Below, one piece after another: positions 1 through 4,300 of a stretch of 5,483 bases of DNA (position 1 is its first letter; each line of letters starts with the position of its first letter). The notes beneath the pieces are model-generated. The model was not told where the DNA came from and did no database searches. It saw only the letters and a program-made list of their open reading frames with translations. The stretch lies in IMG/VR virus record IMGVR_UViG_3300045988_016400, positions 1-5,483 of that record. One strand, 5' to 3'. The translations under genes and the position numbers were made by a program. The stretch is from a virus.

Positions 1-55
1 AAAATAACATAAAGTGATGTATATTTCAAGAAAACAATTGACATACATCAAATAA
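1..55. repeat. Terminal direct repeat. It is identical to 5429-5483 and marks the assembly overlap of a circular genome with a 5428-nt unit.
   Basis: Read directly: aaaataacataaagtgatgtatatttcaagaaaacaattgacatacatcaaataa occurs at both ends of the window, 55/55 identical. Confidence 0.95.
30..51 (+). repeat. Copy 1 of the 22-nt element gaaaaYaattgacatacatcaa. It contains TTGACA at 38-43 and is a candidate regulator-binding site or partial promoter.
   Basis: It matches 3994-4015 at 21/22 positions, with a 16-nt exact core (aattgacatacatcaa, 36-51 = 4000-4015). atacatca (43-50) is the reverse complement of tgatgtat (15-22). No good -10 hexamer lies 16-18 nt downstream; the best candidate is atgaat at 62-67. 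Confidence 0.6.
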
Positions 56-126
56 TGGATGATGAATGGACAGATGCAATCTGCGAAGCACTAAAAAAAT
101 ACGAACAACAATAAGAATACCACAAA

Positions 127-158
127 ACACAGGACAAAAAAAGTCTTGTGTTTTTTTT
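127..158 (+). terminator. Rho-independent terminator
   Basis: Stem acacaggac (127-135) pairs with gtcttgtgt (143-151), 9 bp including one G-T wobble. The loop is A7 (136-142) and a T run follows through 158. Confidence 0.75.
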
Positions 159-390
159 ATTTTTAGTAAAATTGACAAAAAAGGAGGCGATCATATGGAC
201 AACCGCTTTTAATCCGAACCGAAAAGAAATCATCCGAGTATACGTAGGAGTCGTGGAAATATGGGCGATCGAAGAACTGGCACAGGAGTACTTTGTAACA
301 CAGGGACGAGTCATCCGGGACGCTATCAAAGTTGCTCTGAAGCACAAAGAAGAGCTATACGAGCTGTTAAAGATGGATACCGAGATTTAA
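148..390 (+). CDS. Hypothetical small protein with ribbon-helix-helix-like sequence features. The true start is unresolved.
   Basis: This is a tracked ORF. Residues KEIIRVYVGVVEIWAIEELAQEYFVTQGRVIRDAIKVALKH read as a beta-strand, helix, G-x turn and helix, as in CopG/Arc/MetJ proteins. Its third-position T usage resembles VP1 by my hand count. The tracked GTG start at 148 lies inside the terminator T-tract, so it is unlikely to be real. The strong AGGAGG at 182-187 serves an out-of-frame ATG at 195 (see finding). Confidence 0.5.
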   Translation: MFFLFLVKLTKKEAIIWTTAFNPNRKEIIRVYVGVVEIWAIEELAQEYFVTQGRVIRDAIKVALKHKEELYELLKMDTEI

Positions 391-497
391 AAAAGGCCAG
401 GACACTTGGAGAAGCCGAAGCAATCGTCCGTGAGATCTACGAAGCCAAAGCAATCATCACAGAGGAGGAGCTAAAATGGCTAAAAGAGTCAAAATGA
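261..497 (+). CDS. Hypothetical protein or overlapping frame. Only the part from about 387 to 497 looks convincingly coding.
   Basis: This is a tracked ORF. ATG 261 has AGGAG (246-250) 10 nt upstream. The N-terminal 42 codons overlap 148-390 and have atypically many T-ending codons. The C-terminal part (LKKARTLGEAEAIVREIYEAKAIITEEELKWLKESK) is helix-like with typical codon usage but has no ATG/GTG/TTG of its own. Confidence 0.35.
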   Translation: MGDRRTGTGVLCNTGTSHPGRYQSCSEAQRRAIRAVKDGYRDLKKARTLGEAEAIVREIYEAKAIITEEELKWLKESK

Positions 498-595
498 AGC
501 CCAGGAAAGACCAGAAAGTCTTTTCCAACACCGCAAAGAAAACCAAATCCATCAACATCACGCCAAAAATCATGCGTGGTGGTACGAGACTGTAA
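476..595 (+). CDS. Small basic DNA-binding/packaging peptide (gokushovirus ORF8/VP8-like, functional analogue of phiX174 J)
   Basis: Hand translation gives MAKRVKMKPRKDQKVFSNTAKKTKSINITPKIMRGGTRL, 39 aa and very K/R rich. The C-terminal MRGGxRL motif is one I recall from gokushovirus small basic proteins. GAGGAGGAG (461-469) lies 6 nt upstream of the ATG. The ORF is below the length cut-off of the ORF track. Confidence 0.75.
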   Translation: MAKRVKMKPRKDQKVFSNTAKKTKSINITPKIMRGGTRL

Positions 596-608
596 AGGAG
601 AAAACATC

Positions 609-887
609 ATGATTCTGGAATACTATGCCATCAAAGACACCAAGGTCGCCTTTATGAATCCGTTTCTGCAGCACAACAAGGCCGAGGCCATCCGATCTTT
701 CCGCAGCGTCCTGGTAGATGAACGCAGCGAAGCAGCCAAGAACCCGGCAGACTATGAACTCTGGTACGTCGGACAGTGGGACGACGCAACGGGCATCATG
801 ATGGGCGGACAGCCGCAGTTTATCGAAAACGGAGTGAAGGGGTTAAAAAATGCCGAAAACCGAAGTGCACATCTGGAGTCGATTTGA
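609..887 (+). CDS. VP5: VP5-like non-structural protein of Gokushovirinae
   Basis: The sequence MILEYYAIKDTKVAFMNPFLQHNKAEAIRSFRSVLVD...NPADYELWYVGQWDDATG fits the conserved VP5 pattern (AxxDxK...F..PF....AiR.F.....p.DyeL..vG.fDd.tG). AAGGAG (595-600) lies 8 nt before ATG 609. The tracked GTG start at 576 overlaps the upstream gene and has no SD. Confidence 0.85.
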   Translation: MILEYYAIKDTKVAFMNPFLQHNKAEAIRSFRSVLVDERSEAAKNPADYELWYVGQWDDATGIMMGGQPQFIENGVKGLKNAENRSAHLESI

Positions 888-1356
888 TCGACCCGACACG
901 ATCGCAGCACCTGAAGGTACCAGCACAGAGCCGAAATACATGGAAGCGATCGACGAAAACGGACACAGAACACTGGAACAGACCGGAGAAACCGACACTT
1001 ACGCCATGATCCAAGCAAGTCTCGAAGAAACCAAAATCGAAAACATCATCCGAAGAGCCACGCTGGGCGATCCGACCGCACTCACGCAAACCATGGGCGC
1101 ATACGTGGACACGACCGACATGCCAACAAGTCTGGCCGAAATGCAGAACGCCATTATCACGATCGAAAACGAGTTCAACAAACTGCCTCTCGAAACACGC
1201 TTAAAATTTAACCAAAGTCCGGAAAAATATATCTCTATGTACGGCACAGAAGAATGGGCCAAAATCATGGGATATGAAAAAATTCAGCAGAATGCACAAA
1301 AAACAACGACGAATTCGCACGACGAGGATCTGCAGAAAGGAGAAAATAAAGAATGA
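850..1356 (+). CDS. VP3: Internal scaffolding protein VP3
   Basis: The ORF is 168 aa. Its C-terminal half (SLAEMQNAIITIENEFNKLPLETRLKFNQSPEKYISMY) matches the conserved gokushovirus VP3 motif (F..LP.e.R..Fn.sPe.f). It sits immediately upstream of VP1, with its stop overlapping the VP1 start (ATGA at 1353-1356). Confidence 0.85.
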   Translation: MPKTEVHIWSRFDRPDTIAAPEGTSTEPKYMEAIDENGHRTLEQTGETDTYAMIQASLEETKIENIIRRATLGDPTALTQTMGAYVDTTDMPTSLAEMQNAIITIENEFNKLPLETRLKFNQSPEKYISMYGTEEWAKIMGYEKIQQNAQKTTTNSHDEDLQKGENKE

Positions 1357-3107
1357 ACCGCAATTCCGAAAGCCATTTCGCACAGATTCCGCATGCAGAC
1401 ATCAGCCGATCAAAGTTCTATCGGAACTCAGACCACAAAACAACATTCAACGCCGGACAGCTCATCCCAATCTACTGTGATGAAGTCTTACCGGGAGACA
1501 CTCACCAGATGGACATGAGCGCACTGATCCGCATGAGCACACCGATCTTTCCGACCATGGACAATCTGTTCTGTGATTTTTACTTCTTCTTCGTGCCAAA
1601 CCGTCTGGTGTGGAACCACTGGAAAGAATTCATGGGCGAAAACACAGAAAGTTACTGGACGCAACCGACAGAATACCAAGTACCAATCATTGACACAGAA
1701 ACAGATAAAAACAAAAACGAAAACTTAAAAGGAACCCAAACAGGCACCACACTCGACTACTTCGGTATACCGACAGGGATAGACGGACTAAAAATCAACG
1801 CACTACCTCAACGAGCATACCAGCTCATCTGGAACGAGTGGTTTAGAGACCAAAATATACAGCAGCCCTGCGAAATACCACTTGACGAAACAACCGTAAA
1901 GCTAAAAAGCACCGAATATGAAAAACACAACTCAAAAGAAGCATACGATTATTTTAAAAAAAATTACGTAACAAAAGCAAAAGAGGGTTATGCACCTCTT
2001 CCGGTCAACAAGTACCACGACTACTTCACGTCCTGTCTGCCGCAGCCACAGAAAGGCACAGCCGTACTGCTGCCGATAAGCGGAAACGCACCAATCAGGT
2101 CATACATCGACGAAAATATGACACAGCAAGCAGTCGCAATCGGAAAATCACCTAATTACTACTCACCATGGACATGGGGAGGCACAGAAGCAGAGCTAAC
2201 ACAGACCTACGACCTTAAAGAACCGCCTAATTTCTTCCAGAGCAGAATGCTGGGAAAAGCCAAAGAGGGCTACGAATTCGTAACACAAGAAAACAAAAAC
2301 CCAACTAAAACAGCTTATATCGGCGCAGACCTGAGCGCAGTCACAGGCGCAACAATCAACCAGCTCCGTCAAGCATTCCAGATTCAAAAACTTTTGGAAC
2401 GGGATGCACGAGGCGGAACCAGATACACCGAAATTCTGAAAGCACACTTCAACGTAACATCTCCAGATTCTCGCCAGCAACGACCGGAATACCTAGGCGG
2501 ATACCGAATGCCGATCAACATCACGCAGGTGGTGCAGAACAGTGAAACCACGGCAACCAGTCCGCAGGGCAACACCGCAGCATTTTCAGTCAGCGGCATG
2601 AATAAGAGCATGTTCACAAAGAGCTTTACCGAGCACGGATACATCATCGGACTGGCAGCGGTCAGAACCGAACACACGTATCAACAGGGCATTGAGCGCA
2701 TGTGGAGCCGTAAAGGCCGCTATGACTTCTACTGGCCGGAACTTGCGAACATCGGAGAACAGGCAGTCCTAAACAAGGAAATCTATGCACAGGGCACGGA
2801 CGCAGATGAAGAGGCATTCGGCTACCAAGAGGCATGGGCCGATTATCGGTACAAGCCGAGCCGAGTGTCTGGCGATATGCGTTCAAACTATAAACAAACG
2901 CTGGACAGCTGGCACTATGCCGACTACTACGCCGAACAGCCGAAACTGTCAAGTCAATGGATGATGGAGACCATGAACAACATCGACCGCACGCTTGCAG
3001 TACAGTCGAGCGTAGAAGACCAGTTTATCGCAGACTTCTATTTCAAAGCACAGACCACGAGACCGATGCCTGTTTACAGTGTGCCGGGCCTTATCGACCA
3101 TCACTAA
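1353..3107 (+). CDS. VP1: Major capsid protein VP1 (phiX174 F-protein family)
   Basis: The ORF is 584 aa. The N-terminus SHFAQIPHADISRSKFYRNSDHKTTFNAGQLIPIYCDEVLPGDT, and the segments INQLRQAFQIQKLLERDARGGTRYTEILKAHF and RPEYLGG, are hallmark Microviridae capsid sequences. AAGGAG lies at 1337-1342. Confidence 0.97.
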   Translation: MNRNSESHFAQIPHADISRSKFYRNSDHKTTFNAGQLIPIYCDEVLPGDTHQMDMSALIRMSTPIFPTMDNLFCDFYFFFVPNRLVWNHWKEFMGENTESYWTQPTEYQVPIIDTETDKNKNENLKGTQTGTTLDYFGIPTGIDGLKINALPQRAYQLIWNEWFRDQNIQQPCEIPLDETTVKLKSTEYEKHNSKEAYDYFKKNYVTKAKEGYAPLPVNKYHDYFTSCLPQPQKGTAVLLPISGNAPIRSYIDENMTQQAVAIGKSPNYYSPWTWGGTEAELTQTYDLKEPPNFFQSRMLGKAKEGYEFVTQENKNPTKTAYIGADLSAVTGATINQLRQAFQIQKLLERDARGGTRYTEILKAHFNVTSPDSRQQRPEYLGGYRMPINITQVVQNSETTATSPQGNTAAFSVSGMNKSMFTKSFTEHGYIIGLAAVRTEHTYQQGIERMWSRKGRYDFYWPELANIGEQAVLNKEIYAQGTDADEEAFGYQEAWADYRYKPSRVSGDMRSNYKQTLDSWHYADYYAEQPKLSSQWMMETMNNIDRTLAVQSSVEDQFIADFYFKAQTTRPMPVYSVPGLIDHH

Positions 3108-3118
3108 TCGCCACAGAG

Positions 3119-3150
3119 GCGGCTCAGAGGCTCTCTGAGCCGCTTTTCTT
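3119..3150 (+). terminator. Rho-independent terminator between VP1 and VP2
   Basis: gcggctcagag (3119-3129) pairs perfectly with ctctgagccgc (3133-3143), 11 bp, around a 3-nt loop, followed by ttttctt (3144-3150). It begins 12 nt after the VP1 stop. Confidence 0.7.
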
Positions 3151-3167
3151 ATCAGGAGGTAAACTAT

Positions 3168-4001
3168 ATGGGACTCTTAGGAAAAATCGCCGGAGCGGTG
3201 ATTCCAAGCGTTGTAAACTGGGGATTAGGGCAAATCTTCGGAGGAGGAGCCAACAGCACAACCCAAGGAGCCAGTCAAAGCCAAGGCGGAAGCACCACGG
3301 AAAGCCAGAGCGGAACAAACGACCAGTTTAACGCAGAGCAAGCACAGCTCAACCGGGACTATCAGACCATGAGCCAGGCGATCCAGGGCAACTACAACAT
3401 GAAAAGCATGCTCATGAGTATGGGCTACAACACCATGGGCGCCATCATGCAGGGCGTGTACAACGGAATCAGCCAAAAAGCAGCCATGAACTACAACAGC
3501 GCTGAGGCAGCAGCAAACAGAGCTTGGCAGACCGAAATGAGCAACACAGCCTATCAGAGAGCTGTACAGGACTTGAAAGCAGCAGGCCTTAACCCGATCT
3601 TAGCAGCACTCCACGGGGGAGCCGTCACAGGCTCAGGAGCATACGGCAGCTCAGGAGCCAGCACGATCGGAGCACCGAGCGCCAGTGCAGCAAGCATCTC
3701 AGCCATGCCAGGCACGTCAACACCATCAAGCCAATGGAGCTGGTCAAAGGGCGAAAGCTGGAACCAGAGCACAGCCTATAACATGGGCGAATCCATTATG
3801 CGATACTACGCAGACCCGAACACCAGCGCAAAGAACCTCAAAGAGACAGGAGACAAAGTTGTAAAAGCCGGCAAAGAGGCAGGCGAGCAGATCCAAAAAG
3901 CACTCGAACCAGCCAGAAAGTGGACAGACAACATTGGACTCACTGCACCAGAGGGAGGAGCAAAAGCAGCCTGGGAGAGCAGGCAGAAACATAGAAAATA
4001 A
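3168..4001 (+). CDS. VP2: DNA pilot / minor capsid protein VP2 (phiX174 H analogue)
   Basis: The ORF is 277 aa. It has a hydrophobic Gly-rich N-terminus, a Q/S/N-rich region, and the motif WQTEMSNTAYQRAVQDLKAAGLNPILA that is characteristic of gokushovirus VP2. AGGAGG (3154-3159) lies 8 nt before the ATG. Confidence 0.9.
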   Translation: MGLLGKIAGAVIPSVVNWGLGQIFGGGANSTTQGASQSQGGSTTESQSGTNDQFNAEQAQLNRDYQTMSQAIQGNYNMKSMLMSMGYNTMGAIMQGVYNGISQKAAMNYNSAEAAANRAWQTEMSNTAYQRAVQDLKAAGLNPILAALHGGAVTGSGAYGSSGASTIGAPSASAASISAMPGTSTPSSQWSWSKGESWNQSTAYNMGESIMRYYADPNTSAKNLKETGDKVVKAGKEAGEQIQKALEPARKWTDNIGLTAPEGGAKAAWESRQKHRK

Positions 4002-4015
4002 TTGACATACATCAA
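3994..4015 (+). repeat. Copy 2 of the 22-nt element gaaaaYaattgacatacatcaa. It overlaps the VP2 stop codon and supplies the -35 box of the promoter.
   Basis: It matches 30-51 at 21/22 positions, with an exact 16-nt core at 4000-4015. Confidence 0.85.
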
Positions 4016-4030
4016 GAACAGGTGTATAAT
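4002..4030 (+). promoter_or_regulatory. Consensus sigma70/sigmaA-type promoter for the RHH ORF, and probably for VP4 as well
   Basis: TTGACA (4002-4007), an exactly 17-nt spacer, then TATAAT (4025-4030). This is followed by AGGAGG (4038-4043) and ATG 4052. I found no other full consensus promoter in the genome. Confidence 0.8.
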
Positions 4031-4051
4031 CACTCTTAGGAGGTGTATGTT

Positions 4052-4219
4052 ATGAAATGCACAGTCAGAAGAATCAACGTGAATCTCACAGAGAAAGAAA
4101 ACAAAGCACTCAAACAGACGGCAAAAGCCATGGGAGAAAAGGAAAGTGAGATCGTACGCAAAGCAATCATGAGTTTTACCAGTTCTGTTAAAGATTTACA
4201 GGGAAATATTGGTCAGTAA
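4052..4219 (+). CDS. Ribbon-helix-helix (CopG/Arc/MetJ-like) DNA-binding protein, 55 aa
   Basis: Hand translation gives MKCTVRRINVNLTEKENKALKQTAKAMGEKESEIVRKAIMSFTSSVKDLQGNIGQ. It reads as a beta-strand (RRINVNL), helix A (TEKENKALKQTAKAMG) and helix B (SEIVRKAIMSF), the classic RHH layout. It has a perfect SD 8 nt upstream and a consensus promoter. It is absent from the ORF track because it is under 60 aa. Confidence 0.75.
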   Translation: MKCTVRRINVNLTEKENKALKQTAKAMGEKESEIVRKAIMSFTSSVKDLQGNIGQ

Positions 4220-4245
4220 ATAGGAACCGTTAGCGGCATCGCTGT

Positions 4246-4287
4246 CACCTAGCCCCCTTACATCAAGTAAGGCTCGGGGGCTAGGTG
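4246..4287 (+). promoter_or_regulatory. Stable GC-rich stem-loop between the RHH ORF and VP4, with no U-tract. It is a candidate regulatory or origin-type structure.
   Basis: cacctagccccc (4246-4257) pairs perfectly with gggggctaggtg (4276-4287), 12 bp. An inner 4-bp stem joins ttac (4258-4261) to gtaa (4267-4270), with loop atcaa. The sequence downstream is ccagggggaggagg rather than a T run. Confidence 0.6.
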
Positions 4288-4300
4288 CCAGGGGGAGGAG

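Noticed and set aside
35-58. Similarity of caattgacatacatcaaataatgg to the phiX174 origin core (CAACTTGATATTAATAAC)
   Set aside because: The resemblance is loose (CAA-TTGA then AT-rich). In addition, the element is duplicated at 3994-4015, and two functional rolling-circle origins in direct orientation would generate sub-genomic circles. A promoter or operator role fits better.
1-60. XerC/XerD dif-like site (TGTATA core at 18-23) that would suggest chromosomal integration, as in some enterobacterial gokushoviruses
   Set aside because: Only the 6-bp central TGTATA resembles dif. The flanking 11-bp arms match the E. coli dif arms at roughly half or fewer positions by eye. No integrase or host flank is present.
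172-177. Third TTGACA hexamer just after the 127-158 terminator, as a possible late-operon promoter
   Set aside because: The sequences 16-17 nt downstream (tatgga, atggac) are poor -10 hexamers. A transcript starting there would exclude the AGGAGG at 182-187. A real promoter may exist here, but the sequence alone does not support it.
389-395. The dnaX-type -1 slippery heptamer A AAA AAG at the frame junction
   Set aside because: It is in phase only with the 261-497 frame and lies after the TAA stop of the 148-390 frame, so it cannot rescue that ORF. Slipping from the 261 frame would give only a short RS-rich tail (KKGQDTWRSRSNRP). No obvious stimulatory structure was verified.
776-1009. Plus-strand overprinted ORF (77 aa, basic) inside VP5/VP3
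   Set aside because: It has no SD. Its composition (R/K/T/H rich) is what an alternative frame of A/C-rich coding sequence produces. It has no hydrophobic segment that would suggest an overprinted lysis protein.
1274-1480. Plus-strand overprinted 68-aa, highly basic ORF spanning the VP3/VP1 junction
   Set aside because: It is tempting as a J-like or E-like overprinted gene. However, it has no SD, is low-complexity K/R/Q-rich from an alternative frame of A-rich sequence, and a much better J/VP8-like candidate exists at 476-595.
2957-3331. Plus-strand 124-aa ORF running from the VP1 3-prime end across the terminator into VP2
   Set aside because: It reads straight through the intrinsic terminator and the VP2 SD. 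Its sequence is R/H/P/S-rich with no protein-like pattern. It is most likely a frame artefact.
4259-4266. The 8-mer tacatcaa in the hairpin loop also occurs in both 22-nt repeat copies (44-51, 4008-4015), suggesting a shared recognition motif
   Set aside because: The closely related atacatca also occurs inside VP1 (2639-2646) and VP4 (4954-4961). Such A/C/T-rich 8-mers are common in this composition, so the coincidence is not significant on its own.
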